Source of the DNA: Neophaeotheca triangularis
Lineage: Eukaryota
Assembly: GCA_054600435.1 (NCBI GenBank)
Contig: BAAIJX010000009.1
Coordinates: 124,001 to 188,000 of the forward strand
Direction: 5' to 3'
DNA length: 64,000 nt
The position numbers were made by a program, and so were the translations under genes. The stretch's first letter is position 1. Each line of letters starts with the position of its first letter. This document shows, piece by piece, positions 43,623 through 54,964 of the stretch. The notes beneath the pieces are model-generated. The model searched no databases. It was not told the origin of the DNA and saw only the letters and a list, made by a program, of their open reading frames with translations.

Positions 43623-44899
43623 CTAAGCCGCAGTCTCCTGACGTAACCTCGCAAGCGTAGCCTTACCCGCACTACTCGCGTTTGCTTTGCCAATCTCCCC
43701 AGTAATCCACTCACCAATGCGACTGACCTCTTCAAGATCGATGCCCGTCTTGGCGCCCAAGCTGTGCAGTGTGTAAACCAGATCTTCGGTCGCGAGATTG
43801 CCCGTGGCACCAGGGCTGTAGGGGCAGCCTCCAAGTCCACCCACAGCGGAGTCAAACGTCCTGACGCCGTGCTCGAGCGCGATCACAGTGTTCACCAATG
43901 CTTGCCCGAAAGTGTCGTGGAAATGCAATGCCAGGTCCTCAGACCGGATACCCGCCTCTCGCAATGTCTGCAATAACTTGCGTGTCCGCGGCGCAGTGCC
44001 CATTCCCGTAGTATCCGCTACACTGATTTCGTCGGCGCCCATTTCCAGAAGAGACGCGGCAAGGTCAGCTACGCGGTGGGGATCTGTGTCTGGACCTTCA
44101 AAGGGACAGCCGAGGGCTACGGAGATGTAGGCGCGGACAGGGTAGCCAGCTTCACGGCTTTGGGACATTAGGGGTGCGAAACGCTCGAGAGATTCGGCTA
44201 TGGTGCAGTTTGTGTTGCGTTTACTGAAACTTTCCGTTGCGGCCATGAAGATGGAGACTTCGTGCTGTTGGGACGAAGGAGAACCGTCGCCTGCACGGGG
44301 TTGGGACATGGAGTCGGTGGCGGATGTTGCTGACGGCATTGCGTTGGGGTCCATGCTGGAGGTGTTCAGAGCTGGCCCTTCATCTTGACCAGGTGAGGGT
44401 GGTGGTGTTGGGTATGCTTGCTGGGTTGATTGAGAAGAGCTTTGCATGATCTTGAGGTAGTTCTCCAGGCCTTTGCTGTTGGGGAGTAGCCACTGGTATG
44501 TCACTGGCCGCGGTGCCTCCGGTTGACTTGACAGTATGGAGCTGAGTACTTGATCCGAAGCTGCCATCTGAAAGTAATGCTCAGTAGCCACTCATGATAG
44601 GCGGCCGTTACCACAGCTCATGTAGACATTTTGATTGTCCTCACCTGTGGTACCCACTTCGGGCTCACGAAGCTGCCTGCCTCGATCGTTTCTAATCCAC
44701 TCTTTGCAAGCCGCCGGACGAGCTCGATCTTTGTCTCGGCCGGTATGCTCTGCTTCTCGTTCTGTAGACCATCTCTTGGTCCGACTTCGACGATTCGAAC
44801 TTGGTCGGCCAATGCTTTCTGGGAGCTCGAGAAGGTCCTTGTAGAGCGACGTGAGAGGGTCCGCCTGAGCAGCATGGTCCGAAATGCAGGTGTGTACAT
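43623..44899 (-). CDS. HMGCL: Hydroxymethylglutaryl-CoA lyase, mitochondrial; exons 44899-44645 and 44567-43623
   Basis: VRIVEVGPRDGLQNE, GSFVSPKWVPQ|MA, ADTTGMGT, LHFHDTFGQA, GLGGCPYSPGATGN; Arg-rich presequence (start ATG 44899 or 44875). Confidence 0.93.
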
Positions 44900-45443
44900 C
44901 GTGCGAGGTTCGGGGGAGGATGATGTATCAACAGAAGCGAGGCAGAGTCAATACTGATGCAGTGATGTCGTTGCGAGGGGCCGAGTTATAAGGTAAAAGG
45001 TAGCTCAAGGTACCTCACGCACAGAAATGCAGGCAAATGCGGGGAGAGCTGGGGTTGTCACTTCATATCGGCATGCCTTCCTATTTGGGAGCAACAGTGA
45101 AACGAGTATAGCCATTTGCCGTGAGTAGCCGCGCTGGACTACAACGAGGATATCACCGCACACCACCTGACATACAAACATCATACATTGTCTGTTGATA
45201 ACAGATCGTTCTGGTTGAGAAGATACTTAGGGCTCCGAACCTCTAATACTGAGAGCCTCAAACAGTTCCCTGTAGGGTATGCCATTCTTCTTTTTACGGT
45301 AGGGATCCTGTCGCTCAATCACCGCCCTGAAGCCATACTACTGGCATAAAGCACCACTTGGAATTTTTTCGCGTTCTCTGGCCGAGTCAAACCTGACACC
45401 GCATGGCCTAGCTCAACGGTTCATCTCTCCCAAAGTCGCAAGG

Positions 45444-47681
45444 ATGAAGAGCGTCTGCGTTGTTGGTGCTGGCCCGGCTGGGATAGTGACAGCGAAATCT
45501 CTCCTCCAAGAGGGCAACTTCAGTGTCACCATCTACGAGAAGGGTCAAGGCTTGGGTGGTCTATGGGCTGTTGACAACGAGTCTCATCACTCCTCACCAC
45601 ACAACTTCCTCGGGGCCAATACCCCAACAAACCTTTCCAAGTTTACCGTCAGCTTCTCGGACTTGAGCTGGGAATCTGTTGATCTGTCAATCTGGGACAA
45701 ACATGGAGCTTCCCAAGAGAACAGGCGAGCTCCCATGTTCCCCAAGGCATGGATGGTTGGGAAGTATCTTGAGGCCTATCGTAAAAAGTACTTGCCGGAT
45801 GGCATAATCCATTATCAGAACGATGTCCGCGCGGCCTCAAGAATCATTGACGACAAGCGCAAAGTACGATGGCATGTTACCGTAAGGAGCCAGGCCGGGC
45901 AAGAACGCACCGAGACGTTTGACTACCTGATTGCTGCGTCAGGGTTCTTCTCGCAGCCAAGGGCATTGAAGAGTGGATCTTGGGGAGAATCGGCTCAAAC
46001 GATCCCGACTATTCATAGCTCACAGTATCGTCGACTGTCCGACCTCTGCGATGAAGGGGGCCAGAAGAAAGTCAAGAACATCGCTGTCGTTGGGGGAGGC
46101 AATTCCGCTGGGGAGACGGCAGCGACGGTTGCTTCCCAACTGTCTTCAAAACGGTGGTCACCTGAAGTGGTTGACCGAGAACTTTACGCAGAGTGCAAGA
46201 TTTACCACGTTATGCCCCGTCCGCTGTACTCTTTACCTCCGTACAACATAGCGGACGCGACAGCAACTACTTACATGCCGCTTGATCTCAAACTTTACGA
46301 TCTGTCGAGACGCCCATCAGTACCCATCACCGCCAATGCAGGCTGTATTCCGAGTGCAGTGAAAGATACTATTCATGGCGCGATACAAGGAATGATTGGC
46401 AGTGACCAGTCAGATCTCGGATCGGACGTGCTTGTTAGCAAGGCAGGATCCCAGCGAGCAACGTCCTATGTCGCTCTCTCGGAAAGCTACGCCGAGTACG
46501 TACGGAATGGAACAATCATCCCCGTCGCAGGCCGACCTTCTCGACTTGAGCAGACGAACAATCACTTTGCATACATCACTGTGGAAGACGGTGAGGCATC
46601 TACAAAAATACAGGACGTAAGTGCCATCATTGAATGCACAGGGTACACGCCTGCTACGGCACTTTCTTATCTACCAGCGGACCTCAAAAAGCTCCTGAGT
46701 TTTGATGCGGAAAGCGCGCGACTACCGCTTATCCTCGAAGACTGGCAAACGGGGAGCAGCCAAGTTCCTGATCTTGCCTTTATCGGCTTCTATGAAGGTC
46801 CATACTGGGGCATCATGGAGCAGCAGGCGCGGCTTGTGGCAGATCGATGGTCAAACAACCCATCTCCGACTCAACGTCCGTACGAATCTCGAGAGTCGCT
46901 GCTGAAGTTACGCGAAGCTATGCGGAACCGGGGACTGGACGTGCCGCAATACTGGTTCGGAGACTACGTAGGATACATGGAAGAGATCGCATCAGCGCTG
47001 GGGCTGCAGCGCAACGATGGCGCTTTCGACGAACGCACTGGCTGCGTGACAGCCGCTCGCTATTTGGCTTCAGGCGACAACAAGACCGAAGCCGACAAGA
47101 CGATGCAAAACCTGTACACCACGTGGCAAGCCTGCCTCCAAGGCCGATACGTGCCTCGAGCAGCCCTAAGGGCACTCCACGGCAAGTGGCAGCTCAACCG
47201 CACCATTACCAGCGCCAATGCGTCGTACCCATCCGGAACTTTCACAGGCGAGGCAACATTTCACCATCGGGCACCCACCGCCAACGCATTCGATCTAGAA
47301 TACTTGTACATCGAATCCGGCGAGTTTAGATCTTCCAACGCAAACTTTCCCGCAATGACTGCCAGTAGACGCTACGTCTACCGCTACGCGGAAGCGACGG
47401 ATCAACTGAGCGTGTGGTTCGTGAAACCGGACCAGAACCTGGAAGTCGATTATCTCTTTCATGATCTCGCTTTTGTACCGCCCGAGGTTGCAAGGTCGGC
47501 TGGTTGTCTCGTGGCGAAGGCTGATCATTTGTGCGTTGAGGATATGTATTGGACTGAGTATCGCTTGCCGATGAGGGGAATTGCTCTGCCGCGGTTCGAG
47601 GTGAAGCATACGGTCAAGGGGCCGCCTGGGGGGAAGGATTATGTTATGGATTCGAAGTACGAGCGGCCGCCTATGCGGTAG
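45444..47681 (+). CDS. Flavin-containing monooxygenase fused to a C-terminal DUF6314-like domain
   Basis: FAD site VCVVGAGPAG, FMO-like IHSSQY, NADPH site VVGGGNSA, CTGY. The C-terminal ~170 aa (GKWQLNRTI..GTFTGEA..YLYIESG..RRYVY..HLCVEDMY..VKGP..KDY) match my recollection of DUF6314. Confidence 0.85.
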   Translation: MKSVCVVGAGPAGIVTAKSLLQEGNFSVTIYEKGQGLGGLWAVDNESHHSSPHNFLGANTPTNLSKFTVSFSDLSWESVDLSIWDKHGASQENRRAPMFPKAWMVGKYLEAYRKKYLPDGIIHYQNDVRAASRIIDDKRKVRWHVTVRSQAGQERTETFDYLIAASGFFSQPRALKSGSWGESAQTIPTIHSSQYRRLSDLCDEGGQKKVKNIAVVGGGNSAGETAATVASQLSSKRWSPEVVDRELYAECKIYHVMPRPLYSLPPYNIADATATTYMPLDLKLYDLSRRPSVPITANAGCIPSAVKDTIHGAIQGMIGSDQSDLGSDVLVSKAGSQRATSYVALSESYAEYVRNGTIIPVAGRPSRLEQTNNHFAYITVEDGEASTKIQDVSAIIECTGYTPATALSYLPADLKKLLSFDAESARLPLILEDWQTGSSQVPDLAFIGFYEGPYWGIMEQQARLVADRWSNNPSPTQRPYESRESLLKLREAMRNRGLDVPQYWFGDYVGYMEEIASALGLQRNDGAFDERTGCVTAARYLASGDNKTEADKTMQNLYTTWQACLQGRYVPRAALRALHGKWQLNRTITSANASYPSGTFTGEATFHHRAPTANAFDLEYLYIESGEFRSSNANFPAMTASRRYVYRYAEATDQLSVWFVKPDQNLEVDYLFHDLAFVPPEVARSAGCLVAKADHLCVEDMYWTEYRLPMRGIALPRFEVKHTVKGPPGGKDYVMDSKYERPPMR

Positions 47682-47911
47682 TTGATGGTTCCAGGCAGAT
47701 GCAGATTGGGGAAGAGTTGAAGCCATTGAGATGGTTCGCGTCCCAAAAGTGCGGTGGAAATACTGTTCTTTGGCAGGCTGTATTATTCCAAAGTCGACTT
47801 CTTGCTTTAGCAGCATGCACGCTGAAGCATATTTGACAACGGTCGTCGTATGAGAGGCGGCCGTATCAGCAATGGCCGAATCACTGAAACAACCACACAC
47901 TATACGGGTTT

Positions 47912-48715
47912 TCAAGTCTCTTTCTTGCTTGCGGTGCGGACCTCCAGCTTTCTAGGTTTTTTCCTCTCCCTAGGCTTGTCGTCAACAGCCTCAGCTCCTG
48001 CCAGAGCACTATCCGTACGTCGCCCATGCTGATGTTCTCCCAGCTGATCTGCAGCCTCAGCTCCCCTTTCCGTCTCCCCCGTCCCCTGCACCTGCGCCTC
48101 CCCAATGGCATCCCGAATCCCCTTCTCATCCAGTTCCCCATCCTCCCTGGCCTGCCTCAACATCGCCTCCTTCACCTCCCCCTCAGCCTCCCCACCCCTC
48201 ACCATCTCCCTAGCCTGACCCTCAGCATCCTTCTGCTTATCGGTCCCCAACTTGACAAAAGGCCCATGAACCGCGCCCGCCCCAGCCCCAACCAACGCCC
48301 CCAACCCCACAGCCGGCACCGCCGTGATCCCACCCACCAGCGTCCCCACCACCGTCCCCACGCCCATGCCCACAGCGCCCCCGATCCCCGCTCCGCCGCC
48401 CGCGCCCTGCCACGTCCCCGACTGCAACCGCCGCGCGAGCTTCGACTGCCCGTGCGCTTCCACCTCTTTGGCGTACGCTTCCTGCAGCGCCCTGCTGCGC
48501 TCCGAAGGTGACGCGTACTCGCGGATTTTTGCGCGGATGGCGTTGGCGGCGGATTGCGCCGCGTCGGCGGCTTTGGCGGCTTCGGCGGCTTTCAGCAGGT
48601 CTGTTTGCGTAGGAGCGGTGGCGGCGGCGGCGGGTGGTGGTGGTGATGGCGGGTTCGGGGAGCTGGGTTCCTGGGGGTCCTGGCTTGGTTCGGGGGGTTG
48701 GGAGGTTGGTGGCAT
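47912..48715 (-). CDS. Hypothetical protein with a glycine-zipper membrane segment (267 aa)
   Basis: ATG 48715 (MPPTSQPP). Central GAGGGAGIGGAVGMGVGTVVGTLVGGITAVPAVGLGALVGAGAGAVHGP; conserved-looking C-terminal RKKPRKLEVR. Confidence 0.75.
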   Translation of the reverse strand: MPPTSQPPEPSQDPQEPSSPNPPSPPPPAAAATAPTQTDLLKAAEAAKAADAAQSAANAIRAKIREYASPSERSRALQEAYAKEVEAHGQSKLARRLQSGTWQGAGGGAGIGGAVGMGVGTVVGTLVGGITAVPAVGLGALVGAGAGAVHGPFVKLGTDKQKDAEGQAREMVRGGEAEGEVKEAMLRQAREDGELDEKGIRDAIGEAQVQGTGETERGAEAADQLGEHQHGRRTDSALAGAEAVDDKPRERKKPRKLEVRTASKKET

Positions 48716-49472
48716 TGTTGTTGTGTGATGGTGGCTTTGCTGATCTGCTTTTGGCAATGTCTTTGGGGGTCGCTTGGCAATTCTTGGAGTACTTGCACTG
48801 TTCTGTCTTCCTCTGGCATGCTACAATACGGTGTTGCTACAATACGGTGATTCCGAGCTAGGTATACTGACGTGCGCAGGCACAAGCCCGGTCACGCAGT
48901 GACGAAGCTGGCGCAGATCACATCCAGGCAGGGGTCAAGCAGGTTTCTACAGTCGTACACTACTTACCACTGCCCATACAATACCACACCCTCTTGTTGC
49001 TTCTTATGTCCAGGGCACCTTATGAAGTTAATTCGAGAGCATCAACCAACTCAACAACCTTGAAAGCCGGAGAACATAAAAAGCAGTCCGCCGAGATGCC
49101 GAACACAATGAATGAGCACGACTCAGTACCCAAGGTAGGTACCACAGCTCCGCATCGTCACTCATCAAATGCTTATCCCACAGCCTGTCAAACCATTATT
49201 CAAGAGTCAAAGTTTGCGGATAATTGAAAAAAAAAAAAAGGGACTCGAAACACGCGCTCCCCGCCACCAGGCCAAAAAGGAGACAAACCAAAAGTTACCA
49301 CCAACAACGCGGTAGATGTTTCGAACAAAAAAGTCTCGCGAATTCGAAACACGAAGCCGCGACTTTGCAAGCCTTGCCCTCCCTACCTAATAATAATAAT
49401 AATACTCCCGACGAATCCTACAGCGGCCCACTACGGAAAGTTTCGTAGAAAGAGGAGTGACGCTAAGTTGTT

Positions 49473-49813
49473 CTTACTGAATGGTCTTCTGCCAATCTTA
49501 CTTATTCGGGGAGGTAGGGAATCAAATATTCGGCAGTCGTCTGACGTCTCCCATCATTTCACCAACGGTCCGAGAAAACAAGGTTCGGACTGTCCCCAAC
49601 TCTCTCCTTCTAGGGTGATCGAGTGCCATGTGCTCCGAGAGTTTGGAGTCTCGGTAGATGGGGGGCTGGTAACGGTCGGTTGCGAACCTTTTAAAAGGGG
49701 CTGCCCGGCTGACCTCGTCGCCGAGCATTGTCATTTAAGCTAGAAAAGTGCAGCTCCGGATGCTTCGCTGTTGAGCGAACGAGGGAGCGAGTGTTTTTGG
49801 GCCTCATACATTT
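49473..49813 (+). ncRNA. Large box H/ACA snoRNA, probable snR37 homologue
   Basis: H box AGAAAA at 49742-49747 and ACA at 49808-49810 followed by 3 nt. Nested helices in the 5' domain (aatattcggc/gccgagcatt, gtctcccatc/gatggggggc, acggtccga/tcggactgt, ccgaga/tctcgg). 3' pocket CAGCT...TGTTTTT, 16 nt before ACA, can pair with LSU rRNA GGGAACG-U-G-AGCUG (yeast U2944, the snR37 target). The 5' end GGTCTTCTGCCAA is complementary to LSU rRNA segments. Confidence 0.65.
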
Positions 49814-50122
49814 CTCATTGGTAGGCTTATGGAGCTGACTCGTTCGATTTGCAGAGCTTCACGGGCATGTATTAGGTATGGTTAGGTTGGAAAGGGTGAA
49901 ATGGTCAAATTCTATGGGACGGCGGTGTTGTTGTCGCCTCTTTGTCTCTTCGCCCGGTGAAAAACTTCTAGCTACACCGTAATTTAGCGTGGCCAGTATG
50001 ACATTGACACTGATACTGAAGCTGAAGCTGATACAAGTGAATGCCACCTATTCGTATGCCAAACCCCATCCGGACCCCCTTCGCTTTTGATGGAGATGGA
50101 AAATGCAGCAAACCAAAGAATG

Positions 50123-51438
50123 TCAATTATGCTCGTAAAAAGTGCCGTCCATAAGCTGTTTCGTGCTTCCCGAATCACTCCCTTCCCGTCTCCGGTCCCG
50201 GGTATCCAGCCTCGAGACCTCTTGCTCCACGACCGTGACCACCTGAATGCCGTCATCCACCGTCTTTTGCTCGTTGGTCGGCGAGCTCCGACGCATGGCA
50301 TCCATGTCTATATCTTCAGAACTACCGTCCATTCTCGAGTGGATGTAGGTTTGCTGGGTCGGCTGGCCACGGCCGGTCAAACCCCTTCCCAATGCATCGA
50401 AAGACATGTTGCTGCGTTGTGCGTTTTGGTTGGTTCTGGTGTTGCCCCCTGCGCCTGTCCGGTCCTTGTTGCTCTGGCGGCCCGATATCGCGTATGCGTG
50501 ACTCGAGTTGAAGAGACGTGGGAAGACGCGCGACACACATGCTTTCAATGTCGGGATGCATGAGCATATGATGCCTGTGTTGGTCTCTACCGAAGACCAT
50601 ACTGCAGCCAAGGGGTTTTCGTAGGACACGTCGTCGGCTTTGGAGATGGCATAGAGGGATTGGAGGCGTAGGGCCGACATCAAGCAGGTGCTGAACGGTG
50701 TAGGGTTAGTGAAAGTATGACGTCTGAAGCAAGCTGAACAACTTACAAGCCTCCCAGCGCGAATACGCACATCACGATAACCTTCTGACGCTTCGGCAGC
50801 TGGAGGGAGTTGAGCGCCGGCAGAGGCAGCACACACACGGCAACGTCCATTGCAATGTTGATCGCTGCGTTGGAAAACCATACAGCGAATCGATCCAGGC
50901 ACCTCGCGCCTGACAGGTCGTCTTCCCAAAAAGCCTCGACGGGAAAACACATGAAGACCGCGCTAAAGAATGTCCAGGCGCCGTAGAGGGCAACAATGGC
51001 TATCATGATGTAGCAGGCCCTTCGGATACCAGTCTGCGGAAAGATGCGCAGATATTGTATTAAGATGGAAATCTTTGTCATTGCCAGAGCGAGATAATAT
51101 GTCCATAACGAAGCCCAGAAGGGTTTGAGCTGTGATTTGTGATCTTCTTCGCTGAGTGTATCTCCCCGTTGGCCCATGCCATATTTGACTGTCAAAGCAT
51201 GTCAGTCTCGGTACTAGAGTGCGTTTTGCTGAGGTGTTCTACCTTGTAGACAAATGCAGATTGTCAATGCCAATGAGAAGATCATAGCCAAAGTGATGAA
51301 TATATCGTGCAAGCCAGCACCATTCTGCAGGCCTATCCTAGTGAAAAGTCTAGATATAACGGCAATGCCAGCAAGCACTGTGGTAGAAACCACGCCAGCG
51401 ACAACCGAATCGCCCGAAGCATGGCCCGACATGCCCAT
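50123..51438 (-). CDS. PTH11-like integral membrane protein (rhodopsin/RgdA domain, no CFEM); exons 51438-51243, 51188-50747, 50690-50123
   Basis: Seven hydrophobic segments with RLFTR..GLHD, TKISILIQYLRIF, FMCFPVEAFW, NIAMDVAVCVLPLP..SLQLPKRQK, ALGG|FTCLMSALRL, WSSVETNTGIICSCIPTLK. Confidence 0.88.
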
Positions 51439-52525
51439 CGTGTCTGGAGGTCGTTGTTGAAAGAATCAATCGTGTAAGCGGCGATTGGGATTCGCCATGT
51501 AGGAGTCGCCGTACGACTTGTGCAACTCGGGAAGGCGATGTTTCACGACGCTTTGAACGCGGCAAATCCGTAACGCCAGAAGGAGATTCGGTATGATGAA
51601 GAAGTGCGACACGAGCACAGCAGCGATGGGTGGTAGATCGAGGAAGCTGGGGGCCCCAAAGGCAAAGTACGCATTGTACACTACATAGCAACTAGGGAGG
51701 TAGTAAGGCGGGAGAGTGAAGCCCTAAGGTGCCGGCCCAGCTGTTTGGGTATGAAGCGAGGTGTATGGTGGTAGACGACGGTAGACTGGCTGCAATTATT
51801 AGCAACCTTGTCGCCAACGAACGGACATGATCATCTAATTCTTTCCGCACCAGGGGACGGCCCAATTTTCCGCGGTGCCATAGAGGATCCACGGATGCTT
51901 TTAGAGGGACGCGAAAAGCTCGGTCTACTAAATAGTGTGCGTGAATAATAACAGGACAGCCTGTTCCGTCATCAACCTTCTCGCAGCTGGAGCTGAAGAG
52001 TTAGAGTCGACAGACGGGAGCCCGGTTAGATCAACGTGTGCGAGTGCGCTCGCCGCCTAGCGGGTCCCAGCTGGGCAGTACCTCCAGTACATATGTACAG
52101 TAGCCATGCTCGTGCCGGACAGGGGTGATGATACTTGTATACCACCGGCTCTTTCCACGAGTAGTGTGCAGACGGGTACCTAGGCACCTCACCACCATCA
52201 TACCATGTGCTTGTCGACAGAGGTGCTCCCGTCATCTCCGCTCCTCCTCGCCTCGTGATCTAGGAGGTGTACGACAAGACGCCGTGTCAATGGACAGCTG
52301 CAGAGCTCTAGAGGTAGCGAATTGACGAGGGTTTCGTGGTCCCGGGGATTTCGGGGTCATGTTGGGCATCTAGCACCATTGCTAGCAAATTAGTCTGCCA
52401 CGCGCTCGGTACTTGAATACTGCAGGGTCGTTGCATGGCATGGTGCCATGATCGATCGTGTTTCAAGAAGAGCGAGCAAAGATTATTGCCTTGAAGCCTT
52501 CTACCTAGGTAGTAGGAGTACTACT

Positions 52526-52600
<75 letters not shown>
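52526..52600. repeat. (TAC)25 perfect trinucleotide microsatellite
   Basis: 75 nt of uninterrupted TAC, directly after the palindrome CTACCTAGGTAG (52501-52512). Confidence 0.95.
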
Positions 52601-54409
52601 CGGCCTGAGCCAATTACCGATAGGTCGTCAGGCCACGATCTTGTAACATACCTTGAATTTCAGACATTTTCTAGGTACTCTCTCAGCAGTCAGCACTAGT
52701 CGTGATGTCGGCCATGCCCACCGAGTGCCATAATCGGAAGGCCTCCGCGAGAAGGACGGCGAAATGCAGGTACAGCATACAAGCGCACGTGCGGCCCTGG
52801 AAAAACTTATTTCACACCCCTGACGCTTTTCATGATCCCAGTACACCAGTAAGGTACACGATGGAGAATCATCAGCCCGAGGTGAAGAAGGAAAACTCCA
52901 AAAGGAAAGGTCACCGTGGAGCTAAGTTGGAAGCGAGAAGCGAGAAGCGAGATGGCGGCTTCTGGCCCGCCGTGCCTGTCCCCGGGAATTGGAAGCTGTC
53001 AGTGTCACCTCATCAGTCATTCAGTACCGAGTACATCCTAGTGCCCTGTTTACTACATCGAGAAGAACCTGCCGAAACGGGATACTCTCCCACGTCTCCT
53101 AATCTTGGGTCCTCAGACTCCCGTCTCTTCTAGCACAATCTCTCATCGCCATCGCTGTCGACTACAGAAGTTCATACCACAAGCCTCTGAAGCGGGGATG
53201 ATCACCGTAGCTACAGTGAATTGTATCACGAACTCTGTTCAACATAGAAGCCCCTGAATCTCCTAAACCCTGCACCAAACAAAGACCGGGCAAAAAGCTG
53301 AACGCCACCAGATTACGCAGCTCACGGAGACATGTCGATCAATTATCTCAAGGAGCCTGACCTGGGCACGCCCGCTCTTTCTTTCCGGGAATGAGATACT
53401 ATCGCCTAGGTGGACAAGAGTCACAAGACCATACAAGCGCGCAGCTCACAGATTGCTCGACGGACAAATCGATCGTGCCTACAGTGCTCCGAGCCAGCGA
53501 TTCTCCTACACACGTGCTGGTATCGATTCGAGACCAAGATGAAAGTAACCTTACTCTCGTAATTAGCAAAGTCAGGGGAATTTGTTGACTCTCGTCTCTT
53601 GGCGGGAAACACATCTGTACCTCTTCGAAGCCTGCCTCTACAATTCCGAAAAGATGCCGTAAGTGAGTTGAAGCTTCTATACACACCTCCTCGCCGATCG
53701 GATTAGGAAACTCTAAGTTGAAATAATGTCTTCTTCAAGCGGGCTTTTCCACAGACATTCCCGTAGGCCGTAGTTAGTATACCGTAACGAACGGCATCCT
53801 TGCGTAATCCGCCTACTTGTAGCACGTGGAAAAGTATGTCTGATATTGGCGAAGATACCCATGCCATCATCGACGACGTGGTAGTCTTCGCCGACCAAAG
53901 ATGCTTTAGATAACAGCGGTAAGTACACGCCTTTGGTCGCTTGTTACGGACGCAAGCATTCTGATGCTAGCAAGTGTTAAGAAGAGTACCTAAGGCCGCC
54001 GCTTAAAGTACATGAGATATCAAGACAGGAAACTCAACAAGGGACCTTCAGTGGAACCTCTCTTTTGGGATCAATTCAATTGAGGCTAGTTGTTTTATTA
54101 TACCAAGGGAGTCGAACAGCTATCTTGACGGGGAAATCCATGTCGGATATTCTGCACCTCTTTCCGGGCTTCACCCTGCGCTAGGCCACGTTGGGCCATC
54201 ATCGGCACCGCCACAGACAGCCACGTAAGAGGTCTAGGCCGCCACCTCTCCTCCTCCAGTGTACAAGCAGGCCAGCATCTGTTGCAGGAACCCATCGACC
54301 GAGTATCCTCTCTGTCATTAGCAGATTGCAGAAGCCGCCAGTATACTACGGTGAAAGTGTCAGTGTAGTACCTACCTTCAGCCCATCCCATAATCGAAGC
54401 ACAGCCATC

Positions 54410-54964
54410 ATGTCAAACTACAGCCAAGGCCAGCAAGACAACAACCCCTTCCATCACCAAGCCTCCACAAATCCATGGGAGAGCGAACAAGGCCACCTAC
54501 CTCAAGACCAACAGCACCCAAACCCGCAACAACCGTCATACCAACCCCCAAGCCAACCCCAACCAAACCCCTGGGGCGACGGCAACGACTCCCAACCCTA
54601 CCAACCTCCCTCCGGCCCGTCCCCAAACCAGCAGTACTCCCAACCCCACCAGCGCCACCACGACTCCGACCAGCACCACCGACAGCAACAGCAACAGCAA
54701 CAGCCAGACTTCACCCCCCAGCCGCCGCGCAGAACCGGCACCGAAAGCCTGGTCCCGGAGTCCGAGCGCGGCGAGCAGCGCGAAGCCATGGAGCAGTTCG
54801 AGCTCTCCCGGGGCGCGCCCGAGAGCCAGGCCGATCGCGATGTCGCGACGCTGCAGCGCGAGTTCCCCGACGCCGATGGCGCGTTGATTGCCGCGTTGTA
54901 TGGCGATTCCAAGGACTTGGGGGCGACGAGGGAGATGTTGAGGGAGTTGAGTGGGTCGACGTAG
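54410..54964 (+). CDS. Small Q/P-rich protein with NPF/NPW motifs and a C-terminal CUE-like ubiquitin-binding domain (184 aa)
   Basis: ccatcATGtc start. DNNPF, TNPW, PNPW. C-terminal VATLQREFPDADGALIAALYGDSKDLGATREMLREL has the CUE pattern (L..xFP..D..LI..L....T...LxEL). Confidence 0.75.
   Translation: MSNYSQGQQDNNPFHHQASTNPWESEQGHLPQDQQHPNPQQPSYQPPSQPQPNPWGDGNDSQPYQPPSGPSPNQQYSQPHQRHHDSDQHHRQQQQQQQPDFTPQPPRRTGTESLVPESERGEQREAMEQFELSRGAPESQADRDVATLQREFPDADGALIAALYGDSKDLGATREMLRELSGST

Noticed and set aside
18312..47681. ECM31, FMN1, HMGCL and FMO as a cofactor or secondary-metabolite cluster
   Set aside because: They are spread over 30 kb among unrelated housekeeping genes, with no backbone enzyme.
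52448..52699. Poly-tyrosine ORF
   Set aside because: It is only the translation of the (TAC)25 microsatellite.
53399..53928. Minus-strand fragments (..DDGMGIFA.., ..RIDTSTCVGESLAR..) vaguely like a SET domain
   Set aside because: The NHSC and ELxxDY motifs are missing; too weak to call a pseudogene without a search.
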